Below the pieces are notes generated by a model that saw only the letters and a program-made list of their open reading frames with translations, searched no databases and was not told the DNA's origin. Of a stretch of 64,000 nt of DNA, positions 41,301 through 50,238 are shown piece by piece (the first letter of the stretch is position 1; every line of letters starts with the position of its first letter). The stretch spans positions 41,478,001 to 41,542,000 of the forward strand of contig OZ024755.1 in NCBI GenBank assembly GCA_964016885.1, given 5' to 3'. Source of the stretch: Eledone cirrhosa (lineage: Eukaryota). Both the position numbers and the translations under genes were made by a program.

Positions 41301-44300
41301 CCCATAAATCATGACACAATATACCTTTCACTTCAATTTCAGAGACATTTACCCTCCTTAGTTCATAGAACTTCTTCCACATCTCACTCTAGCTACCATC
41401 ACCAAATCTGACCCACCTTCTCTCTACGCCTGGTGCGTTAGGCAAGAGTATAGGATTCCCTGGATAAGACGCCAGTCCATCGCAGGGTTAGACCCCCAGC
41501 TATTGCTGGTACTCATTTTCATCTAAGTATACTGGAGCAGCGTGAAATGAAGTGTTTTGCGCAAGAACACAACACACAACCCAGTCCAGAAATCAAACCC
41601 ATAACATTATGATTGTAAGTTCAACACAGTTACTACTAGGCCACATGCCACCTATGCAACAAGAAATTCATCTTCACACCAAAATCCAGCTCAACATCCT
41701 CTCCATACACACTAGTCAAACAATAACAATATAATGTATAAATAAGTTATGAAAAAACTGAAGAGATTTCAAAGCACCACTTACATCTGATGGATAAATT
41801 TTGTGATTTGAAGCATCAAACATTTCCAAAATTATTTCATAATCTCTACTGGTTTCCAACACCCATTTTGTGTATGTCAAAACAACAAAGCCTGAAAACA
41901 AAAAATAGAATTTAGTTATACATTCTTAGCATCATTCTATAAATATCAGTGGTTTGGCAGTATCGGTAGAGCGTCAGACACCATGTTTTGCAGCATAGTT
42001 ATGGCCCTTTGCGTTCTGAGTTCAAATCCGCCGAGGTTAACTTTGCCTTTCATCCTTACGAGGTCGACAAAATAAAGTACCAGTGGTGCTCTGGGGCATT
42101 CGCTGGCCTTGTGCCAAAAGTAGAAACTATTCTATAAATATGTAACAGAGTTATCCACCCCTTTTCTCCCAATCTCATGAATTATCTTCTATATATATCA
42201 TCTATATATATAAAACTGAGGTTGTCTGTCTGTCTATCGATTTTTGGCACACATCTCCTCTTAGAATCTCTCACGGAATTGCACCGAAATTGCTATACTT
42301 GTACATTGAGCCCTAGCGAAGACATCGGAAAAAAAATATTTCAAATTGACCCGCCCTATCTGACGAAATCGAATATAATGTATCGATTTTTGAGCGTAAG
42401 TGATGAGTTATTTCCCTTTGTTGTTTACATTCAGCGTAGCGTCTTACGTTCTCTCTACATTTTCTGCGTGCAAAAATAAAAAAAATGATTTCCCTTTGTT
42501 CTGTTTACATTCAGCGTAGCGTCTTACGTTCTGTTTACATTTTCTGCGTGCAAAAATTAAAAAAATTACGCTGGCAAAAATTAAAAAAATTACGCTGGCA
42601 AAAATTAAAAAAATTACGCTGGCTTTCTCAGCGTTTAAAATGACATTAACACAATACACGAACAGTTGTCGAGCCAGCAAAATTTTGACCTGCAAAATTC
42701 ATCAGTTCGAACACTAAGCTTCCGTTTTGCTTCATTTCCATTTAAAAGCCTTTTAAAACAATATTTTTACTTGAAAACAAGTCTATTTAAAGACTACGTA
42801 AAACAAGCAAATATTTCGTAAAAAAAAGCAAAAATTATATATGTTTATTTAAAATATATGTATCTGTAAATTTCGTTAGGCGTGCAGAGAGGTGATATAC
42901 GCGTGCAGACAGACAGTCGTGCAGAGAGGTGATATAGGCGTGCAGACAGACAGTCGTGCAGAGAGGTGATATAGGCGTGCAGACAGACATAACTGATAAT
43001 TTGGTTACGCTAATGTTTTTCTCTGCGTTGCAGTGTTTACATTTTCGATCTTTGTTAATAAATAACCAGTGCAGTTTTTATCCCCAGCATCCTCTTTTGT
43101 TATAACATTCGGGTTATCGTTATGTTTTCTTAACTTCATAAGGCATATTGTTGGTTGAGGGAATATTAATCAAAAACACCACATGCAAGTCTGCACAGTA
43201 GACACTACAGTTTTTAAGCCAAAAAAGAAACTTAACATTGTAACTTTAAGACAGCTACTGAGCGACCCCGAGCAACGCCGGGCTTTACTGCTAGTAATCT
43301 ATAAAGCTCAGTGTGTGGTCATGCTCCTTCGTTATAGAAATCTACGATATAGAATTTCTTCAATTGAAATTTACAATTCAGTATACGAAATAGTTTCGAT
43401 TGCGTCTTGACGCAGATAATTTTTTCAATTTCACCCACAATTACGCAAAAAATAGATAAAACTCAATATTTTACGATTTTTCTCTCATTTAAACTGCTGA
43501 ACTCTTTCTACTACCATTCAAGATCTATACAACTTCATACTTTCTGCTACTTTCTCTTTCCAAGCTTGATGGTGATACTGTCTGTTCACACCACTCCCTA
43601 CTGTCTTAAATTTAGAAAACATATATCCTCTATGAGGTTACTAAACCTGCGAGAAACAGCAGCTAACTCTCCCCCATATCACACCCCTCCCTACTGTCTT
43701 AAATTTAGAAAACATCTATGAGGTCACTAAACCTGCTAGAAACAGCAGCTAACTCTCCCCCATATCACACCACTCCCTACTGTCTTAAATTTAGAAAACA
43801 TCATATCCTCTATGAGGTCACTAAACCTGCTAGAAACAACAGCTAACTCTCCCTCATTTCACAACCCTCCCTACTGTCTTAAATTTAGAAAACACACAGA
43901 CAACCATGCAGAACAACTCCATCGCAGCTCTGTTGTTCGGCTGGCATCGTCTACGCGCGTGTTGCGCAAGTACTGTGAAACAATAAATTTCAACACTTTT
44001 TTGCACAGAGATAATATCCATAGGCGAAACTACAATTGTCACTGCTGGCGCAGCTCATGCTTCCAGGTCTGCAATTCATTCACCCAGTGCCTGGCAGACA
44101 AAAAAGTGCTGCCATAAAATGGGTGGTGCAACCTAACTTTGGTAACTTAATGACCCCGAGCAACGCCGGACTTTAATGCTAGTATATATATAAAACTGAT
44201 GATGTCCGTCTCCCTAAACTCGAGAAGAAGGTTACACAATGTGTGACAAAAGAGCTATGCTAAGTATGACAATTAAACAATCATCATCATCATTTTACGT

Positions 44301-46871
44301 CCGCTCTTCCCTGTTTGCAAGGGTGAGATGGGTCTTATTTAGCACAGCATCTCTCCACTTGTCACGGTCCTTCGTCATCTCCACCGTGAGCTTCAGCAAT
44401 CTGAGGTCTGTTCTCACCACCTCCGCCCATGTTTTTCATGGTCTACCTCTACCATGTCTTCCTTCAACTGGCATTTCCTGGCACTTCTTCATCCATTGGT
44501 CATCCTCCATGCGCATCACATGTCCATACCACCTCAGTCTCCTCTCTCGCACACTACATTCTATCCCTCTCAGACACAGTTTCTCTCTCAACACATTCAT
44601 GCTGGGTCGTTCACGCACATTGACATTGCACATCCAACGGAGCATGCTTGCTTCATTTCTCTCCAGCCGTCGCATATCTTCTGCAGTTGCTGCCCAGGTC
44701 TCACTACCATGCAGCATCGCGCTCCTCACACAGGCATCATATAACCAGCCTTTCGTACGTAGGGAGAAACCCTTCTTCGTCAGCAGAGGAAGCAGCTCCC
44801 TAAACTTCTTCCAACATGTCCTTATTCTAGATACTATGGCCTCGGAAACCTCCGCCCCCCATGCTAATCTGATCTCCTAGGTACCGAAAGCTATCCACCA
44901 CTTCTATAGCATCCCCTATCCACCACTTCTACAGCACAAAGTGTTTCAAAACATGTGATATCATTTGAGTTGTAAATACCCCAGTAACTACAAAGTCCAT
45001 AGCAACGAGACAATGTTGAACAACAGAAGATTTATTCCTCAAAATTTGTCAACATTATAAAACTAATTTACCCCTAGACTTTGTAGCTTCTAGGATATTT
45101 ACAACTTAAATGATATCAAATTTGTTGAAACACCCTGTATATATATATATATATATATATATACTCACACACACACACACAACAGTTATTGAAAAAGAGT
45201 GAGAAATATGTCATACTTATGTAAGCTGGTTCAACAACATAGATTAAAGCAGAAGGTTGATAAGACTGTTCACTGTCTTGAATATCTTTAAAAAAACTTT
45301 AAGGTAAACAACAAAATATACATGGAATGGTATGGTCCTGTAATTCCTGATGTTGGAGGGGTGCTGTAGTGGCATACAGCATTTCTAGGCATTTTAAGCC
45401 TGGCTGAGCCCATATCTTTCCAGGGCTGAACACAGATTTCCTCCAGAGAAGGATAAAAAGTGAGAAAGAAATATAGAAGAAGAATAATGAACAGTAGTTC
45501 TTTTATCGACGTCAGAAGGATGAAAGGCAACGTTGACGGGATTTAAACTCAGAGCAGACAGCCAGAACAAATACTGCAAAGTATTCTCTCTGGTGTTCTA
45601 ATGACTACCAATTCTTCACCTACAACAAAATATCTCTCCCAAATCATCATCAGTGTTATGTCCATTCCTCTATGTTGACCATGTTCAGCTTTCTGAGTTC
45701 AGATCCTGCCTAAGTCAACTTTGCCTTTCATCTTTTTGAGGTCAATAAAAAAAAAGTACCAGACTAGTCCTGGGGTCGATTCTTCCTCTATATCTCTTTC
45801 TCATTTCCTCTCACTTTGAATGAAACTTTCTGAGGCAGAATTCTACGGCCAGTTAACTTTCCTGACACCATTTTCCCCCAAGAATATACTACCTTTTGGT
45901 TTTAATTATCAAAACAACCAAGAATTAGGAGAGGTTTAGTGAAATAACTTTCAACATTTAATTACTGAAATTTAATATCAGATTCGTGTTTTAAGAGATA
46001 AATAAGTTACAGATCTTCCCATATTTAAGCAGAGCAACAGAATCTGTCTTTACAGCACATAAACAAATATAACTGCCTGTTGTAACTGGGGATTTAACCC
46101 TGCCTTGACAGGCCTCATGTCCAACAACTCTCAGTCATTTACCACAGAAACTAGGACAACCACCAGTCGGAGGAGACTTCCTGCTCAACACAGACAGACA
46201 GTGTCAAATATGAACAGAGGTTATAATACCAATTTTTTGCATGGCATTCTAACTAGAATTAACCAATCATGTTCACCTGGGTCCATTTCTTTGGATTCCA
46301 AGTTCTAATGCAGCAGAAACTAGAAACTGTGCCTAAACAACTAAGATGTGAGATATGGCCCTCAGCCTGTCTAAGAGGAGAGTAGATTAAGAAGTCAGCA
46401 TGAAAGAATGTTTCATTTTACATCCGCTTGTCCCTGCTTGCAAGGGGGGGGGGGGGACAGGAACTCATTCTGGCTTGATTTCTACAGCTGGATGCCCTTC
46501 CTAACACCAACCTCATTTACAGTGAGTGCTGGGTGCTTTTTTGCCGTGGCACCTCCACGACCACTTTACAGTGGAATGATAGGGACCCCAGTCCCTATCA
46601 TCTCATTTCTACAGCTGAGTAAACTGGAGCAATGTGAAATAAAGTGTCTTGCTCAAGGAAACAACACATCACCCGGTCTGAGAATTGAACTCACAACCAT
46701 TTGTTTGTTAAATAATATTTATATATCATATAATAAGGATACTCCGGTCACGTAAAACTATTTCAGTAGAACCGAAACTAATGGCTTCAGCTTCTGAGGT
46801 TTCAGGATTAAATGAACATATGTCTAGTTTTACAACTTCCATGTAATACTGCGGTGAAGGTAGATGTATTC
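2037..46871 (-). CDS. NUP210: Nuclear pore membrane glycoprotein 210 (gp210), partial spliced CDS: 17 internal exons, lumenal Ig-like region
   Basis: 17 AG/GT-bounded exons join in one open frame with compatible phases. Peptides such as WVLETSRDYEI, GGSGEYSW, VTLGSSKDILFSGGPQPW, FDNFSSL and IFNHP match vertebrate NUP210 motifs, recalled from memory, in the same order. Confidence 0.95.
2201..2515. mobile_element. hAT (Charlie-like) MITE
   Basis: CAGGG..TGCAAC / GTTACA..CCCTG ends, GGCCC subterminal motifs, degenerate 8-bp TSD GTCTAGTA/GTATAGCA. Confidence 0.65.
2813..3571. mobile_element. Probable hAT MITE with nested insertions
   Basis: CAGGGGTCTCAAAC ... GTTTGAGACCCTCTG inverted ends; TSD not clear. 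Confidence 0.5.
3110..3318 (+). mobile_element. RTE LINE 3' tail fragment
   Basis: Same 3' UTR motifs and GAT tail. Confidence 0.75.
3778..3884 (-). CDS. NUP210: NUP210 exon (YQVVGMFGKPGTVIVTVSCQYYISRYLSHYQIPLQ)
   Basis: cag|...|GTAAGT, 107 nt, phase 1-0. Confidence 0.88.
4477..5560 (-). mobile_element. piggyBac transposase fragment with an internal 20-bp tandem expansion
   Basis: GKKWWRYILWFLVNLTIVNS...CHMKFR matches 8205-8430 of the full copy. Confidence 0.88.
4494..5360. repeat. 20-bp minisatellite GTGGCAGTAGTCCTTTGGTG, about 43 copies
   Basis: Near-perfect tandem array. Confidence 0.97.
7286..9828 (-). mobile_element. piggyBac DNA transposon, near full-length (2,543 bp)
   Basis: TTAA TSD at 7282-7285 and 9829-9832; imperfect TIRs CCCTTTAACATTCA / CCCTTTAGCGTTCA; internal transposase. 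Confidence 0.95.
7936..9589 (-). pseudogene. piggyBac transposase (PGBD4-like DDE_Tnp_1_7), disrupted
   Basis: Acidic N-terminus, SVDEAM / YYDRFFSS / MGGVDKSD catalytic motifs and a C-terminal Cys-rich domain; +1 frameshift in an A7 run near 8891-8897 and an in-frame TAA at 8017-8019. Confidence 0.9.
10622..10799 (-). CDS. NUP210: NUP210 exon (IPVHCKQD...GHKFDNFSSLKFDW...AKGSAV)
   Basis: tag|...|GTAAGA, 178 nt; FDNFSSL motif. Confidence 0.94.
11207..11315 (-). CDS. NUP210: NUP210 exon (FICAEPVSLHLQPQV...CPVFLDSNQV)
   Basis: cag|...|GTAAGT, 109 nt. Confidence 0.92.
11457..11944 (-). mobile_element. Short non-autonomous Helitron (488 bp)
   Basis: Minus 5' TCTAAACTATAATAAAA, 3' hairpin + CTAG; flanks rejoin to TTTCATTATCAAGA|TGGT, seen uninterrupted at about 36261-36278. 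Confidence 0.72.
12954..13148 (+). mobile_element. piggyBac-family MITE
   Basis: CCCTTTAGCATTTAAACC...GCTAAAAGG-TTAA; homologous to other copies in the window. Confidence 0.75.
13253..13326 (-). CDS. NUP210: NUP210 exon (IIKLKVGNKPTHTNLLPVVVETTV)
   Basis: cag|...|GTAAGT, 74 nt; VGNKP motif. Confidence 0.92.
13966..20941. repeat. 54-bp G-rich minisatellite, about 130 copies
   Basis: Unit GGGTACTACAGATGGAGGAGRTACTGAGCTGGGTGYTGGGATGGGGTGGGGATA. Confidence 0.97.
21345..21581. repeat. 22-bp tandem repeat, about 11 copies
   Basis: GTGACTGGGTGAGAGAAGTGAC units. Confidence 0.9.
21829..21875 (-). CDS. NUP210: NUP210 exon (GLHAFQVVCVGMGEQ)
   Basis: aag|...|GTGAGT, 47 nt; CxxxGEQ motif. Confidence 0.88.
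22010..22233 (+). mobile_element. RTE LINE 3' tail fragment
   Basis: Similar to the reverse complement of 62630-62830; GAT tail. Confidence 0.75.
22278..22601 (-). mobile_element. Two adjacent SINE copies (22278-22408 diverged, 22423-22601)
   Basis: Reverse complement of the SINE consensus. Confidence 0.8.
22655..23018. repeat. 62-bp tandem repeat, about 6 copies
   Basis: CATG recurs at 22717, 22779, 22841... Confidence 0.9.
23358..23420 (-). CDS. NUP210: NUP210 exon (LPSANFVSFSHLSGIEFSLH)
   Basis: cag|...|GTAAGT, 63 nt, phase 1-1; fills the expected gap between neighbours. Confidence 0.82.
23985..24562. repeat. 40/42-bp tandem repeat, about 14 copies
   Basis: CCATGGAACCCTTGCTAACAGGTAAAA(AA)CTAGGGTGAGACT. 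Confidence 0.92.
24839..24944 (-). CDS. NUP210: NUP210 exon (AESPLSIVTLGSSKDILFSGGPQPWQLDPTEYFEN)
   Basis: tag|...|GTAAGT, 106 nt; VTLGSSK..GGPxPW motif. Confidence 0.94.
25042..25613. repeat. 29-bp tandem repeat, about 20 copies
   Basis: GAGTGAAGTGAGAGTGTGRCTTTGTCAAA. Confidence 0.93.
26075..26229 (-). CDS. NUP210: NUP210 exon (HAGTVDAEKTSCTSIQL...VTIAAYKPLV)
   Basis: cag|...|GTAAGT, 155 nt; TIAAYxPL motif. Confidence 0.93.
26356..26389. repeat. (CA)n microsatellite
   Basis: Direct reading. Confidence 0.9.
26830..27350 (-). mobile_element. Decayed LINE (RTE/BovB-like) 3' fragment
   Basis: Degenerate LRYxGHV-like and GKxxxQE-like reading on the minus strand. Confidence 0.45.
27894..28276. 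repeat. 30-bp tandem repeat, about 13 copies
   Basis: CAACCAGAGTTTCTAGACAAGCCACATCAG. Confidence 0.93.
28672..28942. repeat. 49-bp tandem repeat with an internal palindrome, about 5 copies
   Basis: CTGTTATAGCTATG-AC-CATAGCTATAACAG in each full unit. Confidence 0.9.
29350..30205 (+). mobile_element. Internally deleted RTE LINE (APE endonuclease start fused to 3' end)
   Basis: INVSTMKG...CVQETRWRG followed directly by QERRLSWCGHVIRM, 3' UTR and GAT tail. Confidence 0.8.
30545..31874 (-). mobile_element. Internally deleted piggyBac of the same family (1,330 bp)
   Basis: TTAA TSDs at 30541-30544 and 31875-31878, same TIRs, N-terminal transposase ORF 31015-31635 joined to the 3' UTR near 30978. 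Confidence 0.93.
32316..32399 (-). CDS. NUP210: NUP210 exon (SEKAFEDCRHLKLAVKFSDKTSFDLIP)
   Basis: cag|...|GTAAAA, 84 nt, phase 1-1; DCxH motif. Confidence 0.9.
32634..32739 (-). CDS. NUP210: NUP210 exon (VAVLPPTKIKLLPSKVEAEINSKLLLPVAMFANFE)
   Basis: tag|...|GTATTT, 106 nt, phase compatible with neighbours. Confidence 0.9.
32940..34190 (+). mobile_element. Decayed RTE LINE 3' part
   Basis: GLKVNLAKTKV, PHD-like CSIC..CTQC, RRLHWYGHLM, RGRLRKTW fragments; GAT tail. Confidence 0.85.
34854..35176 (+). mobile_element. piggyBac-family MITE with an inserted LINE tail
   Basis: TTAA-CCCTTTAGC...GCTAAAGAG-TTAA. Confidence 0.75.
35250..35402 (-). CDS. NUP210: NUP210 exon (ASGGSGEYSWNS...DVKNHRHTGMAK)
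   Basis: cag|...|GTGATC, 153 nt; GGSGxYSW motif. Confidence 0.92.
35583..35636 (-). CDS. Candidate 54-nt alternative NUP210 exon (SAIRTPEQTHANTAKPAL)
   Basis: ttgtttttgtgctaag| acceptor, CTG|GTATGA donor, stop-free, phase 0-0 between two phase-0 exons. Confidence 0.5.
35894..36031 (-). CDS. NUP210: NUP210 exon (EKKHLFVPP...SILFPWEPNTKFSYSSKLT)
   Basis: aag|...|GTAAGA, 138 nt; FPW motif. Confidence 0.9.
36289..36507 (+). mobile_element. piggyBac-family MITE
   Basis: Same internal sequence, ends GCTAAAGGG-TTAA. Confidence 0.75.
36711..39531 (+). mobile_element. 5'-truncated, decayed piggyBac copy interrupted by a 38-bp tandem array
   Basis: GYKGRVHFRHYMPVKPTKWGIKVW fragment, downstream transposase fragments, 3' UTR and terminal GCTAAAGGG-TTAA. 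Confidence 0.9.
36891..38436. repeat. 38-bp minisatellite GATGTTGTGTGGTCTCTGACTGAACCCTTCCACTCTCA, about 39 copies
   Basis: Tandem array with a few recurring variant units. Confidence 0.96.
39536..39753 (+). mobile_element. piggyBac-family MITE sharing a TTAA with the adjacent piggyBac end
   Basis: AAAGGG-TTAA-CCCTTT junction at 39526-39541. Confidence 0.8.
39906..40417 (+). mobile_element. piggyBac-family MITE followed by tandem copies of its own terminus
   Basis: TTAA-CCCTTT start; end motif GTAAATACTAAAGGGTTAA repeated about 7 times. Confidence 0.8.
40525..40662 (-). CDS. NUP210: NUP210 exon (NLIIEALFPADYF...NGSYFHV...GVLS)
   Basis: cag|...|GTAAGT, 138 nt, phase 0-0; NGSY motif. Confidence 0.93.
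40694..40900 (-). mobile_element. tRNA-derived SINE with (TTA)n tail
   Basis: Reverse complement of the SINE consensus. Confidence 0.82.
41430..41652 (-). mobile_element. Second SINE family (further copies at about 34405-34522 and 46600-46700)
   Basis: Shared ACTGGAGCA..GTGAAAT.AAGTGT.TTGC.CAAG.A.ACAAC motif. Confidence 0.65.
41785..41891 (-). CDS. NUP210: NUP210 exon (FVVLTYTKWVLETSRDYEIILEMFDASNHKIYPSD)
   Basis: cag|...|GTAAGT, 107 nt; WVLET motif. Confidence 0.93.
41948..42127 (+). mobile_element. tRNA-derived SINE
   Basis: SINE consensus. Confidence 0.83.
42201..43294 (+). mobile_element. Non-autonomous Helitron
   Basis: 5' TCTATATATATAAAA..GTCTGTCTGTC; 3' hairpin CCCGAGCAACGCCGGG then CTAG|T. 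Confidence 0.8.
43298..44182 (+). mobile_element. Second tandem non-autonomous Helitron
   Basis: Starts TCTATAAA, ends with the same hairpin and CTAG|T; internal repeats of about 90 bp. Confidence 0.65.
44279..44900 (-). mobile_element. 5'-truncated RTE LINE
   Basis: AMLHGSETW...RRLRWYGHVMRM...GRGRP; (GAT)n tail. Confidence 0.88.
44937..45137. mobile_element. Tc1/mariner-type MITE
   Basis: Imperfect TIRs of about 45 bp (GTGTTTCAA..TGATATCATTT.AGTTGTAAATA), right end CACCCTG-TA. Confidence 0.65.
45217..45285 (-). CDS. NUP210: NUP210 exon (NIQDSEQSYQPSALIYVVEPAYI)
   Basis: aag| acceptor, 69 nt, GTATGA donor; IYVVEP motif. Confidence 0.9.
45286..46742 (-). other. U12-type (minor spliceosome) GT-AG intron of NUP210
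   Basis: 5' splice site GTATCCTTA; branch-like TTTACCTTAAAG at 45308-45297, with the putative branch A about 13-14 nt before the AG. Confidence 0.85.
45500..45782. mobile_element. Two partial SINEs in opposite orientation
   Basis: Minus copy at about 45500-45622, plus copy at about 45690-45782. Confidence 0.65.
46743..46871 (-). CDS. NUP210: NUP210 exon (IHLPSPQYYMEVV...STEIVLRDR)
   Basis: cag| acceptor, 129 nt, donor GTATCCTT (U12 type). Confidence 0.9.
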
Positions 46872-47145
46872 CTGAAGGAGAAAACAGAATTACATTACAT
46901 TAGAATGTTAAAAATATAAGGATATATACATAGAAATACAGTGTAGATGTTGACTGGATATATACATAGAAATACAGTGTAGATGTTGACTGGATATATA
47001 CATAGAAATACAGTGTAGATGTTGACTAGATATAAATATATAGAAATACAGTGTAGATGTTGACTGGATATATATATTTAGAAATATAGTGTAGATGTTG
47101 ACTGGATATATATATATATATAGAAATACAGTGTAGATGTTGACT

Positions 47146-47194
<49 letters not shown>

Positions 47195-47897
47195 CAGTGG
47201 AGATGTTGACTGGATATATATATATATATATAGAGAAATACAGTGTAGATGTTGACTGGATATATATATATATATATATAGAAATACAGTCTAGATGTTG
47301 ACTGGATATATATATATATATACATAGAAATACAGTGTAGATGTTGACTGGATATATATATATAGAAATACAGTGGAGATGTTGACTGGATATATATATA
47401 TAGAAATACAGTGTAGATGTTGACTGGATATATATATATATAGAAATACAGTGGAGATGTTGACTGGATATATATATATATATAGAAATACAGTGGAGAT
47501 GTTGACTGGATATATATATATATATATATAGAAATACAGTGTAGATGTTGACTAGATATATATATATATATAGAAATAGAGAAATACAGTGTAGATGTTG
47601 ACTAGATATATATATATATATATATAGAAATACAGTGTAGATGTTGACTGGATATATATATATATATAGAAATACAGTGTAGATGTTGACTGGATATATA
47701 TATATATAGAAATACAGTGTAGATGTTGACTGGATATATATATATATAGAAATACAGTGTAGATGTTGACTGGATATATATATATATAGAAATACAGTGT
47801 AGATGTTGACTGGATATATATATATATATATAGAAATACAGTGTAGATGTTGACTAGATATATATATATATATAGAAAGACAGTGTAGATGTTGACT

Positions 47898-47946
<49 letters not shown>

Positions 47947-48315
47947 CAGTGTAGATGTTGACTAGATATATATATATATATAGAAATACAGTGTAGATGT
48001 TGACTAGATATATATATATATATATAGAAATACAGTGTAGATGTTGACTGGATATATATATATATACTAGACATGAAAATGCGCAAGCTCAAAAGTGCCA
48101 CAGAATGTTATAATAAACCTTCAAAAGTGTGGGACTAGAGTTGTTGCTAAAAAATATTGTAATCATTATATATCGTACATTCTGTGGCATCCTTTATAAA
48201 AATAGCTTAAACCAACGAAGCCTTTATTTTTACGCTATTTCACTTAGTTAATTCTTAGAGTGTAACATATTAAAATATGATTTACAACTATAAAATAAAT
48301 TAATTAATATAATAA

Positions 48316-48403
48316 CAGAGCTGCGGAGCTGAAATTTAGGAAATAATGGAGTATCGGATCCTGAGTTGGAGCCAGTCAATTTTTGGCCGACTCCGCAGCC
48401 CTG
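48316..48403. mobile_element. 88-bp hAT-like mini-MITE
   Basis: TIR CAGAGCTGCGGAG / CTCCGCAGCCCTG; flanks TATAATAA / TATAATAC (7/8 TSD). Confidence 0.6.
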
Positions 48404-49581
48404 TATAATACATTTCATATTAAAGTTATTAATAAACCTATTTTACACTTCATGCAAATTACCACGAGATATTGATATTAGATATAAGATACAGCGCAAT
48501 ATCTACAGCTGTAAAAGTACGAAAGCGAAGTAATAATAAGTGGCTTAAGGTAATTCCAATATGAAAGTTTGTAGTGATAAAAATTTGATAATGCAATACG
48601 ATTGTTAATATTATAGTTCTATGAAAATGTAACAATAGATAACTAAATTATTTTACTATTAGTATATTTAAGAAATTATCATTATAGATTTGATCGTTCA
48701 TATAAGCATCATATTAAGTTTCAACACAATTATTTTGTTACTATGAGTATATGATAATAATATTACGTAATTATTTATAGCTGTTATTACATTAAACATA
48801 GATGTATTTATTTTTATATGTTACACTAAGAATTAACTAAGTGAAATAGCGTAAAAATAAAGGCTCCGTTGGTTTAAGCTATTTTTATAAAGGATGCCAC
48901 AGAATGTACGATATATAATGATTACAATATTTTTTAGCAACAACTCTAGTCCCACACTTTTGAAGGTTTATTATAACATTCTGTGGCACTTTTGAGCTTG
49001 CGCATTTTTCATGTCTAGTTTAATATTTTTTTAAGGCAACGCTTGTAATAACTCTAGTTAAACAGGATATATATATATTAATAATAAATTATCGTTGTAA
49101 TGTAATTAGATTATGTAATTGTTATTATAAATTATCTTATAAATATTAGTGTAAGATGTATAAAAATATTTTCAGACTTTTAATATAAACAACTACAAAA
49201 AACAATCAATATTAAATCAATATATTATACATAATAGAAAACATAAAATATACAATACAAAAACAAAATATTTACATACAATTGCAATTATCAGTGTATA
49301 TACATTTTCTTTATATTCCCTGAGCAAATTAATAAGATTTGTTTTTATTGTACATAATTTGATGACTTGTTGGAGTGTATTAAAAGATAGCAACAACTTG
49401 TGATTAAATTGTTATCTTAAGCAACTCACTTTTTAATAGTTGTTGGCTGAGCAAAATTGTAAAAGCCTATGAGCAAATATAAAAAAAAATACACAAACAA
49501 CATTTCCTTGTGTTATTACAACATTAGATAAAATAATTGAGCAATGTCGTTATATTTTGCTCTTATTGCACATTAATAGTG

Positions 49582-49746
49582 TTTCTATTTTTCGGCACAA
49601 ATCCATTACGGCAGTCCATTACTGGTACTTTATTTTATCGAATTAGTAAGTATGAAAGTCGAAGTTAACCTCGGCAGGATTTGAACTTAGAATGCAAAGG
49701 ACCATAACAATACTGCAAAGCATGGTGTCTGATGCTCTACCAATAC
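49582..49746 (-). mobile_element. SINE within the Helitron-like element
   Basis: Reverse complement of the SINE consensus. Confidence 0.7.
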
Positions 49747-50143
49747 TTGTGTTGAGCTGGTCATTAATTTATGGTGGTCGTGCGTGGAGTAGAGCAATCG
49801 CTAGTTGAAATATTATGAACAAAACATTTTTATTTGCCGAAGAACATATTTTCAATACTGTTTGTGAATGTGACGAAGGAAATACATTCTGATATGGAAC
49901 AGTGTACAAAGTGTGTCTGTGAATAACATAATGTTACCTCATGTTGTTGTCAAGACATAATGGATTTCGTATATCCAGTTAGAAGATGAAACCTAGCCAT
50001 CTCGGATTAGTTATATTTCATGCCATGTGTAAACGTGTTTGAGGATAGCAAAATATGCGCGTTAATTATAATAATTAGTTAATAATATTACAAAATATAC
50101 CTAATTAAACTCTTTGCTTGAAATTTTATCATTCTTCGTTTAT

Positions 50144-50238
<95 letters not shown>
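50144..50238. repeat. (AG)n microsatellite
   Basis: Direct reading. Confidence 0.9.

Noticed and set aside
46933-46960. Satellite core as a miniature Tc1 element (TA-CAGT...ACTG)
   Set aside because: Only a 4-bp inverted match, too short to support.
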